Position numbers and translations under genes: made by a program
IMG/VR virus record: IMGVR_UViG_3300020281_000010
Direction: 5' to 3' (one strand)
Source: a virus
Length of the DNA stretch: 64,000 nucleotides
Shown here: positions 28,357-36,638 of the stretch, in pieces
Numbering within the stretch: position 1 is the stretch's first letter
Layout: the number at the start of each line of letters is the position of its first letter
Notes under the pieces: model-generated
Told to the model about the DNA's origin: nothing
Seen by the model: only the letters and a program-made list of their open reading frames with translations
Databases searched by the model: none

Positions 28357-29059
28357 GATCTTTTACTATCAGTATGACGGTGGTCAGGACATTCTAAACT
28401 GTTGGGATTCACCTCTAAGTTTAGATGGTATTGGTATTGAACCAAAGAAAGTTATAGATGAGTACGAAGGAAACAAATTCGTACCATATATGCAATGCCC
28501 TGCTTGGACACACAAGAACTCACGTGAGTTTATTATGTACAGTCCGAAGGATATGACATTCACAATCTATGAGGGTGGAGTCAAGTGTAAAGAATTCAAT
28601 GATCAGCAGATTCAGAAATATCTCAAGGTAGAAGATCTGGAACCACCAATCAAAACTCTACAGATTTCGGTTCCACAGTTGTTGGTATGGACAAAGGCAA
28701 AGGGAGTATGGGTGGAAGCGAGAGACTATCCATTGACAAGTAGAAACAATAACTATACAATAGTAAACGGTTGGTTTAACCTATCTGATTGGTGCAGACC
28801 TATATCTTTTGGGATCAATGTTTGTGACCCCAATGAACAGGTCAAAATAAAACGAGGTGACCCAATTTATAAGTTTGCTTTCTACAAGGAAGGTGACCTT
28901 AGAGAGTCATTCAAGTTGACCAAGGCGGCACCGCCACAGGAAATGTTATTGAAGATGCATAAGCGTCTTTCAGTAAAACAATTCACACCATTTCTTGCCA
29001 AGGATATTATCTTTGGAGAAAAAGAAAAGAAATGCCCTTTCAGATGGTTTAGAAAATGA
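28346..29059 (+). CDS. dUTPase-fold-like hypothetical protein, paralog B
   Basis: QCPAW...FIMYSPKDMTF...IKRGDPIYKF...KKCPF; shares motifs with 26551-27336. Confidence 0.5.
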   Translation: MTIEIFYYQYDGGQDILNCWDSPLSLDGIGIEPKKVIDEYEGNKFVPYMQCPAWTHKNSREFIMYSPKDMTFTIYEGGVKCKEFNDQQIQKYLKVEDLEPPIKTLQISVPQLLVWTKAKGVWVEARDYPLTSRNNNYTIVNGWFNLSDWCRPISFGINVCDPNEQVKIKRGDPIYKFAFYKEGDLRESFKLTKAAPPQEMLLKMHKRLSVKQFTPFLAKDIIFGEKEKKCPFRWFRK

Positions 29060-29715
29060 AATTCGTTGAGGAGTATGTACCAACCATAGTCATCGATAAT
29101 TTTTTCGAGACACCCTCTTTGGTTATTAATCTAGCGAAACAGCAGAAGTATTGGAGATGCTTCGATCATCCCAATAAGGGGAATTGGCCTGGGAAAAGGT
29201 CAGAACTTCTTGATTCAGTTGACCCTGTACTTCACGAAATCATATGTCGTAAAGTAACATCGTATCTCCCTGCATTTGTAGGATTTGATATTGCAGATAT
29301 TGCATTTCACGTATGCGATGGTAAGAACAAACGTGGATGGATTCATTCTGACCCACCACACTTAGGTGTAGGTATGGTTATCTATTTGAATGATGGTGTT
29401 GTACCTAATCGTGGTACAACTATCTACGATGTGCCACCAAATTTTAGTGGGCAAGGTTTCGAAGATGAATTCAAGAAACAGTTACTTGCTCAGGATGATG
29501 AGGAATCGGCAGCAGCATATGAAAAGTATAAAGAAGAGTGTAATTCGATGTATCAAACGTCAATTAGTATTGAAAGTAGATACAATCGTTGCTTAATCTT
29601 TGATGGTAGGAAGTTTCACGGTGGTATGGATTTCTATGGAAATGATGTCAACGATGCTCGCCTAACTATTGTGGGTTTCTTCCACGGAATTACTCACGAC
29701 CTTGTAAACATTTAA
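29056..29715 (+). CDS. 2OG-Fe(II) oxygenase-like protein
   Basis: IVIDNFF...WPGKRS...IHSD...IYLN...GT...YNRCLIFDGRKFHG. Confidence 0.8.
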   Translation: MKFVEEYVPTIVIDNFFETPSLVINLAKQQKYWRCFDHPNKGNWPGKRSELLDSVDPVLHEIICRKVTSYLPAFVGFDIADIAFHVCDGKNKRGWIHSDPPHLGVGMVIYLNDGVVPNRGTTIYDVPPNFSGQGFEDEFKKQLLAQDDEESAAAYEKYKEECNSMYQTSISIESRYNRCLIFDGRKFHGGMDFYGNDVNDARLTIVGFFHGITHDLVNI

Positions 29716-29721
29716 CATAAA

Positions 29722-30375
29722 ATGGAAGTGGTTATTGAAGAGAAAATCGAAGAGTTCGCTAAGGGTAAACTTTGGCGAATTCGTAATGCATTATCACAGG
29801 AAACTTGTGAACATTTGAAGCACGAATTCATTATGATTAAAAACATAATTGAAGCGACAACTTCAGGTCCCACAAGCGATCCCATAATGCCAGGTGCCTT
29901 TGCAATGTACTCTCCAGTATGTTTTGAAGCAATGGGACAAGTAATTAAAAAACAGATTGAAGACACCGTTGGTTGTAAATTATGGCAGACATTTAGTTAT
30001 GCCAGAGTATATACTAAAGGCACTAATCTGGTTAGACACAGAGACAGAACAAGTGGTGAATGGGTTGGAAATATATGTGTAACAAGAGACGAAACTAATT
30101 GGCCATTTTATATCGAAATTGATGGTAAATCGTATGACTTGTTAATGAATCAAGGTGATATGATTATCTTCCGTGGACATAAAGATTTCCATTGGAGACC
30201 AAAGTATCAAGGAGAACTACAGATTCAAGCATTTGTATCTTACGTTGACCAAGATGGTAGATACGCTGACAATAAATGGGACGGTCGTCCGATGTTAGCA
30301 GCACCTTGGGAAACAGCGAGTCAAAGGATTCAGAATGAACAATCAATGATCAACACTTCACCCTACTACACATAA
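29722..30375 (+). CDS. 2OG-Fe(II) oxygenase-like protein
   Basis: TFSYARVY..G..LVRHRDR...GDMIIFRG..DFHWR...QAF. Confidence 0.8.
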   Translation: MEVVIEEKIEEFAKGKLWRIRNALSQETCEHLKHEFIMIKNIIEATTSGPTSDPIMPGAFAMYSPVCFEAMGQVIKKQIEDTVGCKLWQTFSYARVYTKGTNLVRHRDRTSGEWVGNICVTRDETNWPFYIEIDGKSYDLLMNQGDMIIFRGHKDFHWRPKYQGELQIQAFVSYVDQDGRYADNKWDGRPMLAAPWETASQRIQNEQSMINTSPYYT

Positions 30376-31019
30376 TGCATTCCCCTAAAGAATTATCTGA
30401 CGATTTTGAGAGTATCCAACAAACCAACGTGTATGGTTTGTTTATGAACCCCGTGGGAAACTACACAAATGAGAACCACGAACGGGACAAGAACGCGATT
30501 ACTAACTTCATCAATCAATGCACGAACGATGATCTACATCAATCTCCTAACACCTCTATATGCCACGGTGTGACGCAAATAGGAGAGAATAATGTGTTGG
30601 ATCATCCTTTGCTTGCAACGGTAAAGGAGACGATTCTGGACGCTGTTAGGCAAGTGAATGAAGGTTCAATGCAATATGATCTCTCAACTATGGAGTTGAT
30701 TGATTCACACATTGAAGTAGCATCACAGAACTCAATCTATGCACCACACGAGTTCTCTAATTGTTTGTACTCAGGTTGTTATTTCATTAACTACGACCCG
30801 ATGAAGCACGCACCACTCAGGTTCAAGAGAACTACACAGTCTACATTCTATCCAATTATGCAATGTAAACAGACTGGGATGACACCATTTAATTTGTTGG
30901 ACGCTACCGTACCAACAGCAGAGGGAGATATTGTTATCTTCCCAAGCAATATGACTCACGGATACGAGACAAATGGTGAACACAATCGTATCACCCTGAC
31001 ATTCAACGTGGCACCATAA
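30375..31019 (+). CDS. 2OG-Fe(II) oxygenase-like protein with degenerate triad
   Basis: HEFSNCLYSGCYF...EGDIVIFPSNMTHG...RITLTFN; the HxD/E/H position reads HEF. Confidence 0.7.
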   Translation: MHSPKELSDDFESIQQTNVYGLFMNPVGNYTNENHERDKNAITNFINQCTNDDLHQSPNTSICHGVTQIGENNVLDHPLLATVKETILDAVRQVNEGSMQYDLSTMELIDSHIEVASQNSIYAPHEFSNCLYSGCYFINYDPMKHAPLRFKRTTQSTFYPIMQCKQTGMTPFNLLDATVPTAEGDIVIFPSNMTHGYETNGEHNRITLTFNVAP

Positions 31020-31708
31020 TGAAACTAACAGTCAGCAATCCATTTGATACAGCATATAAGAAACTGGATGATGTGATCGTCTTCGATGATATTATCCCAC
31101 CAGTATATCAGGACTGGTTACTATTATGTGCGAACAATCCAGATCTTGCTTGGTATCGTAAGGACAAGGCAATCACGGACATTCCTGATTTTATTGATGA
31201 CCCCCGCAATGGGTTCGCTAACCTACATTATTTGTATGAAATTGAGTATGGTGACAAATCACATTGCTCAACACTCACAAATGGTTTTATGCCACTCGCT
31301 TTACAGTTCCGTGAAGCATTGAGTGCCGAATGCCTGCTACGAATGAGAATAAATGCAGTACCTGCTATGGGTTCTAATCAGGTACAAATGCCACACATTG
31401 ATAGTTACGTCCCTAATTCTTGGAACGTGATCTACTATCTGAATGACACGGATGGAGATACAATCATCTATAATGAGAGAACTCAGGATGCCTTTGAGTA
31501 CCCTGCAATGGTATCTAAGGATACTTGGACAGAAAAGCAACGTGTAACCCCTAAGAAGGGCAGAGCGGTTGCTTTCAAGGGAGATCTGTTTCACAGTTCA
31601 TCCTATCCAACAAAGGAACCACGTTTAGTGGTAAATATAAATGTGAGTGAGAAAACACCCACCGACCCCCGAACTTCTTACAATCCTAACTATGGCAACA
31701 TTACTTGA
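31019..31708 (+). CDS. 2OG-Fe(II) oxygenase
   Basis: MPHID...IYYLNDTDGDT...PKKGRAVAFKGDLFHSSSYP...R. Confidence 0.85.
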   Translation: MKLTVSNPFDTAYKKLDDVIVFDDIIPPVYQDWLLLCANNPDLAWYRKDKAITDIPDFIDDPRNGFANLHYLYEIEYGDKSHCSTLTNGFMPLALQFREALSAECLLRMRINAVPAMGSNQVQMPHIDSYVPNSWNVIYYLNDTDGDTIIYNERTQDAFEYPAMVSKDTWTEKQRVTPKKGRAVAFKGDLFHSSSYPTKEPRLVVNINVSEKTPTDPRTSYNPNYGNIT

Positions 31709-32366
31709 AAAGGGTGATGACTGGTCTCTATGGAGATCACCTTGCATCATCCACGAGAAGGATGAAATGATCACTCAACTTGGTAGGGCATATCGTCTAT
31801 TCAAGAATACATTTACTGGTTTCGATTCATCCCTGACTGATCAGGGTTTGACACTAGGCAATCTTCCTAGTCTATTCAATTATGAAGAGAAACGCAAGGA
31901 AGATGAGGAATTTATTAAGAATTGGGGTAAAGAACAGTATAGTGGGTATCGATTCTATAACATATTTGCACTTACATCCCCAAGTCCGCTATTCTGGTTA
32001 TTGAACAGAGATCTTCAAACTGTGGTACGCACCACGCTTGAAACTGACGAACCACTATGGTTTCAATGTTGGATGAACTATCACAATCCTAACAATGTCT
32101 TAAACTGGCACGACCACAAATTTGATTATCACGGTTATATTAGTATTGAACCGCACAATACTACAACCGAGTTCAGACAGGATGGCGAACCACTCTATTC
32201 TATCAAGAATGAAGTGGGCAATATCTACTTTGGGCCTGGGTGGGACAGGCAACACAGGGTGGTGGTTCACGAGGAATTTGAAACACCTCGTATTACACTT
32301 GGGTTTGATATTCACACCCAGTCCGATCTCCCTGACGATCAATTCTCACTCATCCCATTATTGTAA
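31692..32366 (+). CDS. 2OG-Fe(II) oxygenase-like protein
   Basis: Probable start at ATG 31692; FQCWMN...WHDH...HGYISI...HRV...RITLGFD. Confidence 0.7.
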   Translation: MATLLEKGDDWSLWRSPCIIHEKDEMITQLGRAYRLFKNTFTGFDSSLTDQGLTLGNLPSLFNYEEKRKEDEEFIKNWGKEQYSGYRFYNIFALTSPSPLFWLLNRDLQTVVRTTLETDEPLWFQCWMNYHNPNNVLNWHDHKFDYHGYISIEPHNTTTEFRQDGEPLYSIKNEVGNIYFGPGWDRQHRVVVHEEFETPRITLGFDIHTQSDLPDDQFSLIPLL

Positions 32367-32411
32367 ATAGTATTATCTTCGCTTGGGGGAGCGATGTTCC
32401 TAAAATCCAGA

Positions 32412-32582
32412 ATGCTTACTGACAAACAACAATCTGTTTTACGCAAAGCACTATTGTTGTATATTTCGTCTTCATATAGAAGACATCACCGAGGGCAAAT
32501 TAGCAAACAAGTTCTTGCTGATACACTTGCTGAAGTAGACGAACTTTCCGATCTACTACATTTGAAACACGTTTCAGAATGA
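32412..32582 (+). CDS. Small hypothetical protein
   Basis: MLTDKQQSVLRKALLLY...; TAAATA at 32364-32369 upstream. Confidence 0.55.
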   Translation: MLTDKQQSVLRKALLLYISSSYRRHHRGQISKQVLADTLAEVDELSDLLHLKHVSE

Positions 32583-32908
32583 CAACACCTCTCTTTTTAT
32601 CGGAGTCTATACCCTTGGAAATAAGGAACATACTAAAATCACTTGAGGTAGGAATGCCTGCAAGATTTGAACAGTTCGAAGGCACGATTGAATTTGTGTC
32701 TGAAGAATACATTACACTATGTGTTGGTACTAAACCTAATCCAGAGGGTTCTAGACAACCGATGAATAAGTGTTGTCTTTGTGTGTATCCACATCAATGG
32801 GATGATCTTGAAATAGATGATTCACACTTCAAAAATGTAAAGAATTATCAGGGAAAAACCAATGACCACCCAGGAAATGAGATGTTACCAGACGTGGAGG
32901 ATCGATGA
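32579..32908 (+). CDS. Hypothetical protein
   Basis: ORF track; ATGA coupling. Confidence 0.6.
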   Translation: MTTPLFLSESIPLEIRNILKSLEVGMPARFEQFEGTIEFVSEEYITLCVGTKPNPEGSRQPMNKCCLCVYPHQWDDLEIDDSHFKNVKNYQGKTNDHPGNEMLPDVEDR

Positions 32909-33158
32909 AGCAGTATAGTTTAGAATTATATGCTGAGATCGTCAAATATTATGAACAGCAATCAAATCTATCGTCAAAGGTACGAAAGTCTGTTAAGATG
33001 GACAAGAACACACATCAATCAAATGCAAACAACGTCACTCACACCTAAAGAACTATTGGGTTGTATGTCAGCGATGCAAATGCTTGACAACAAATCACAA
33101 CAGAACTGGGAATCACTTCTTGGTATCTCATTTAATGATCTTTATCACAAACTAGAAA

Positions 33159-33368
33159 ATGCCCTTGAGGAAACTGGTGAAGGTCACACCTAAATCTGAC
33201 CGAACAAAAAAACAATTTGTTGAACATATGAACAGCAATCCTATCTGTAATATTGAGGATAAGAGAGCGGACGGACGTATGTTTATGTCGTCACAACATA
33301 ATCCAGACTTTTGGATTTGGTCGGACGGTGACGATGACCCCCACTGGTCATACGAAAGGTTGGCATAA
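33159..33368 (+). CDS. Hypothetical protein
   Basis: ORF track. Confidence 0.55.
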   Translation: MPLRKLVKVTPKSDRTKKQFVEHMNSNPICNIEDKRADGRMFMSSQHNPDFWIWSDGDDDPHWSYERLA

Positions 33369-33369
33369 T

Positions 33370-33594
33370 ATGATTTCACAAAAAATGTCAGAACCAGAAT
33401 TCTTCAAACAAACGTCCGACTTGCCATATGACCGTCATTGGTATAAAATATGGTGCAAAGACAACTCAGTTAAAATAGTGGAGTCTTACGAGGAAGTACA
33501 AACCGCGTGGTGGAACTTCCATCAACACATATCACACATTGAGGTCATCGATGCAAAACGAAAGAAAGGAGGGAAAAGCAGGGGATTCGCTTAA
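33370..33594 (+). CDS. Hypothetical protein
   Basis: Probable start at ATG 33370, directly after the upstream stop, within track ORF 33253-33594. Confidence 0.55.
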   Translation: MISQKMSEPEFFKQTSDLPYDRHWYKIWCKDNSVKIVESYEEVQTAWWNFHQHISHIEVIDAKRKKGGKSRGFA

Positions 33595-33778
33595 AATAGA
33601 AGTGAATGAGGATGGTCAGGTGACTCTCGACTGGGACAGCAATGACCCACAATGGAACTTTTTATCAAAACTATCACAAACTGAGGTACAGGAATTTGTC
33701 AACAACGCAATCAACTACGGACTTGGAACTTCTGATCAGTCTAGCGAGACTGTTGAACCAGAAAGTGACGCACCTTGA
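33551..33778 (+). CDS. Hypothetical protein
   Basis: LKIEVNEDGQVTLDWDSNDPQW; start uncertain. Confidence 0.5.
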   Translation: MQNERKEGKAGDSLKIEVNEDGQVTLDWDSNDPQWNFLSKLSQTEVQEFVNNAINYGLGTSDQSSETVEPESDAP

Positions 33779-34007
33779 TTACACATCTTATTTGCAATCA
33801 CACTTGAACACCGTTATTTGTGAACTTGAACGACAACAAACCCTGCGAGAATCCGCTGACTTGCGATTCATTCAAGAGAACAATGGTGGACATATTAGGA
33901 AAGATCTCGATTCCCTCGGAGAGCGAATGTTCCCACTCGGATACGAAACAACAACAGACAACTATGAACACTCATCCTACTATTGGGACACCGATCGAAA
34001 CAAGTGA
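33765..34007 (+). CDS. Hypothetical protein
   Basis: Probable GTG start at 33765 within track ORF 33642-34007. Confidence 0.5.
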   Translation: MTHLDYTSYLQSHLNTVICELERQQTLRESADLRFIQENNGGHIRKDLDSLGERMFPLGYETTTDNYEHSSYYWDTDRNK

Positions 34008-34149
34008 AGATCTGTAAACTTGTGTTATGTTTCATTTAATTTTTACATAACTACGTTATGATTTACAAACACTTCTAAATAATCATAGAATCAAGGAGAG
34101 CGATGCAACCTTAATCTTCTACATTATGATTTAGTTACAGGTAAGGACA

Positions 34150-34308
34150 ATGCACAATCTTATAGCAAAGGAGCAGTTAGCAGAATGGTCTGAATCTCAC
34201 TCTAACGAGGAAATGGACTTAATCAATGACTATTTCGACTGTTTAATTGAATGCTCTATCGAACAACACCCACACGAGTGCAAACGAATATGTAAAGACA
34301 TATGGTAG
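34150..34308 (+). CDS. Small twin-Cx3C protein (52 aa)
   Basis: Hand translation ...DYFDCLIECSIEQHPHECKRICKDIW; TAAGGA RBS; TAAATA at 34076-34081. Confidence 0.7.
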   Translation: MHNLIAKEQLAEWSESHSNEEMDLINDYFDCLIECSIEQHPHECKRICKDIW

Positions 34309-34327
34309 AGTGACAGTTCAAGAAGTG

Positions 34328-34357
34328 ACCACCCGACACCCCCTCGGGTGGTTTTTT
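34328..34357 (+). terminator. Rho-independent terminator
   Basis: ACCACCCGA-caccccc-TCGGGTGGT followed by a T run. Confidence 0.85.
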
Positions 34358-34394
34358 ATGTGCTATGATATGTCTATCAATCACGGACAGACAT

Positions 34395-35660
34395 TTGAGC
34401 GTAAATCTTCGCAAGCACCAACAGAGAGCAGTTGACGCTATGAAGCGTAACAAGAAGGGACAAGTTATTATCCCTACAGGTGGTGGTAAGACAATGTGTA
34501 TGATCTACGATGCTTTGAGATCGCTCAATACTAACAGTAACAGCACTATGGTTGTTGTTGCACCTCGCATTCTACTTGCTAATCAGTTGTGTGAGGAGTT
34601 TATGCAGTTCCTTAAGGCAGACTGGGTTCACGTCTATCACGTCCACTCAGGTGAAACACATTATGAATCTGGTACTAAACCAGACAAACTTGCTCAGTTC
34701 ATCAAGGACAACAGGGCAAAAAGTGCAGTTGCTACCAATATTATCTTCACAACATATCATTCTTTGCGTAGAGTTGTTGAAGCGGTAACTAAGCATCAAC
34801 TTGACATTGATGTAGCATACTTTGATGAAGCACACAACAGCGTAACACGTAATTTCTTTGATTCTACTGAAGATATTAGTGCAATCGCTAAGCGTTGCTA
34901 CTTCTTTACAGCAACACCACGTGTAGCACGTAGGCATAACCGTGGTATGAACAACAGTCAGGTATATGGTCAGATTATTGAACAAGTACCCGCACCCGAA
35001 TTGATCGCGAGTGGTTCTATCATCCCCCCAACTATTGTTCCCTTTGAGCGTGACATTGAGCGTATCAAAAAAATGAGTTGGGATACTGATGCACAAACAG
35101 TTCTCGATGTACTAGAGAATCTCGATGACAAGAACGCTCAGAAAGTATTGTGTGCAGTTCCTAGTTCTAAGATCTTGGGACATATGCTCAGTAAGACTAC
35201 ATTGCTTGCTGAACTCAAGTCACGTGGATATGATGTTCTCCACGTCACATCTAAGTTTGGTGCATTTGTCAATGACAAGAAAGTGAACCGTGAAGAATTC
35301 TTCAAAACTATGGATGAGTTCGGACGCGATGATGATCGCAAGTTTATCATCTTCCATTACTCTATCTTGAGTGAAGGTATCAATGTTCACGGTCTGACTC
35401 ATACTATTTTGTTGCGTCAACTTCAGACAGTCGAAATGGCACAAACTATTGGTAGGGTTATTCGCCTACATAAAGAGGACGCTAAGCGAATTCGGTCTGG
35501 TGAGTTGACAGCAGGCAAACTTGATATGTATCGTAAACCAACTGGTTATGTGACTGTACCAACTTACACAAACTATGGTAAGCACATTGCACAGCGTCTT
35601 CAACGAGTTGTTGATTCAATTTTCGTCCACGGTATCCACCCCGAGTCGCTAGTTGCATAA
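34395..35660 (+). CDS. SF2 (DEAD/DEAH, ResIII-like) helicase
   Basis: LRKHQ Q-motif, PTGGGKT, DEAH, TATP, ILSEGIN, QTIGRVIR; probable TTG start at 34395 after an extended -10 (TGcTATGAT, 34361-34369). Confidence 0.9.
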   Translation: MSVNLRKHQQRAVDAMKRNKKGQVIIPTGGGKTMCMIYDALRSLNTNSNSTMVVVAPRILLANQLCEEFMQFLKADWVHVYHVHSGETHYESGTKPDKLAQFIKDNRAKSAVATNIIFTTYHSLRRVVEAVTKHQLDIDVAYFDEAHNSVTRNFFDSTEDISAIAKRCYFFTATPRVARRHNRGMNNSQVYGQIIEQVPAPELIASGSIIPPTIVPFERDIERIKKMSWDTDAQTVLDVLENLDDKNAQKVLCAVPSSKILGHMLSKTTLLAELKSRGYDVLHVTSKFGAFVNDKKVNREEFFKTMDEFGRDDDRKFIIFHYSILSEGINVHGLTHTILLRQLQTVEMAQTIGRVIRLHKEDAKRIRSGELTAGKLDMYRKPTGYVTVPTYTNYGKHIAQRLQRVVDSIFVHGIHPESLVA

Positions 35661-35697
35661 ATAACTCTATCAAGTACAGTTATTTCAGAGATTAACA

Positions 35698-36126
35698 ATG
35701 GCAACGACAGCAGTTAATGGGTGGGCAGATTTGCTACTCACTAAATTGTCAGAGAAGGCGAAGGCATACAGACTCGCTAATATTGACAAGAGAATTGCTG
35801 AGTCTGTAGGAACATCAACAGAACTCGCTAGACAAATCCACACCCACGTGAATGTCATTCTCAGTAAGAGAGACAAAGTTGTAGCAGGTGACAGTAGTGT
35901 CACGTGGACATTCGCTAAGGTAGATGATGGTGATGACATTAAGATCACCGCTACCGCACCACCCGACCGTGGTGGACACACTAAAGATTTAATGTGGATT
36001 GAAGGTTCTACAGGTAAATGTAAAAAACTGAAGAGCGATCTCTATAGTGTAGATGCCAACAGTATTGATGACACATACCGTGATGCATTCTTCGATAAAG
36101 TAACACATTTAGGAACATTTTGGTAA
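35698..36126 (+). CDS. Hypothetical protein
   Basis: ORF track; TAAATA at 35658-35663 upstream. Confidence 0.65.
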   Translation: MATTAVNGWADLLLTKLSEKAKAYRLANIDKRIAESVGTSTELARQIHTHVNVILSKRDKVVAGDSSVTWTFAKVDDGDDIKITATAPPDRGGHTKDLMWIEGSTGKCKKLKSDLYSVDANSIDDTYRDAFFDKVTHLGTFW

Positions 36127-36130
36127 CCTA

Positions 36131-36190
36131 TGTGCCAATTAAATAACTGTACTACTAAGACCCCACAGGGGTCTTTTTTATTGGTATATT
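36131..36190 (+). promoter_or_regulatory. Early palindrome-promoter element, copy 1 (degenerate)
   Basis: TGTGCCAAT-taaata-ACTGTACTA, 30 nt, TATATT. Confidence 0.6.
36157..36179 (+). terminator. Rho-independent terminator nested in the promoter spacer
   Basis: AAGACCCC-aca-GGGGTCTT-TTTT. Confidence 0.8.
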
Positions 36191-36195
36191 ATAAA

Positions 36196-36288
36196 TGTGG
36201 AAGGCAAGGGTGATCTCATCCCGACATTGTGGGTTAGTCCTACTAAGAGCATCGGTGGAAAAGATCTTTAAGTCGAACCTCTTCCACA
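36196..36288 (+). ncRNA. Candidate structured RNA/leader
   Basis: Closing stem TGTGGAAG/CTTCCACA, internal GATCT/AGATC, CCGA/TCGG and TTAGT/ACTAA; begins at the predicted TSS of copy 1. Confidence 0.4.
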
Positions 36289-36309
36289 CCCTAATTCATT
36301 ACCAAAAAA

Positions 36310-36468
36310 ATGACAAGAGTACAAGTCACATTACTAGTTGAAGTAGACACCGAGGACGATATGAATTGCCCTGACGGTGACCCTATCAACCAAAACGTAG
36401 TAGTCAACGCAGTTGACAACGGTTTTTTCTTAGACCCAGTTGAAGTTATTGATGCGAGAATAGTATGA
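36310..36468 (+). CDS. Small early protein (52 aa)
   Basis: Hand translation MTRVQVTLLVEVDTEDD...; ATGA coupling. Confidence 0.6.
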   Translation: MTRVQVTLLVEVDTEDDMNCPDGDPINQNVVVNAVDNGFFLDPVEVIDARIV

Positions 36469-36638
36469 TAACTTTATCACTCACTACAGGTCAATTCGAA
36501 GAGATTTATGATGCAGTCAGAGATCTACCTGACATTTATAAATCAGAATTAAAAGAAAATGGCGATGAACCTGACGCTGCACACATCGACCTATTCAATG
36601 CAGTCAACATAATGAAGGAGATTTATGAATCATACTAA
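36465..36638 (+). CDS. Small early protein (57 aa)
   Basis: Hand translation MITLSLTTGQFEEIYDAVRDL.... Confidence 0.6.
   Translation: MITLSLTTGQFEEIYDAVRDLPDIYKSELKENGDEPDAAHIDLFNAVNIMKEIYESY

Noticed and set aside
32905-33193. Track ORF 32930-33193 as a single gene
   Set aside because: An alternative 47-aa ORF (32905-33048, ATGA-coupled) overlaps it in another frame; the true gene structure cannot be resolved by eye.
36196-36288. Hammerhead, other self-cleaving ribozyme, c-di-GMP or glutamine riboswitch, or tRNA
   Set aside because: Core motifs (CUGAUGA/GAAA, the GEMM pattern, the T-loop TTCRA) are not found; kept only as an unassigned structure.
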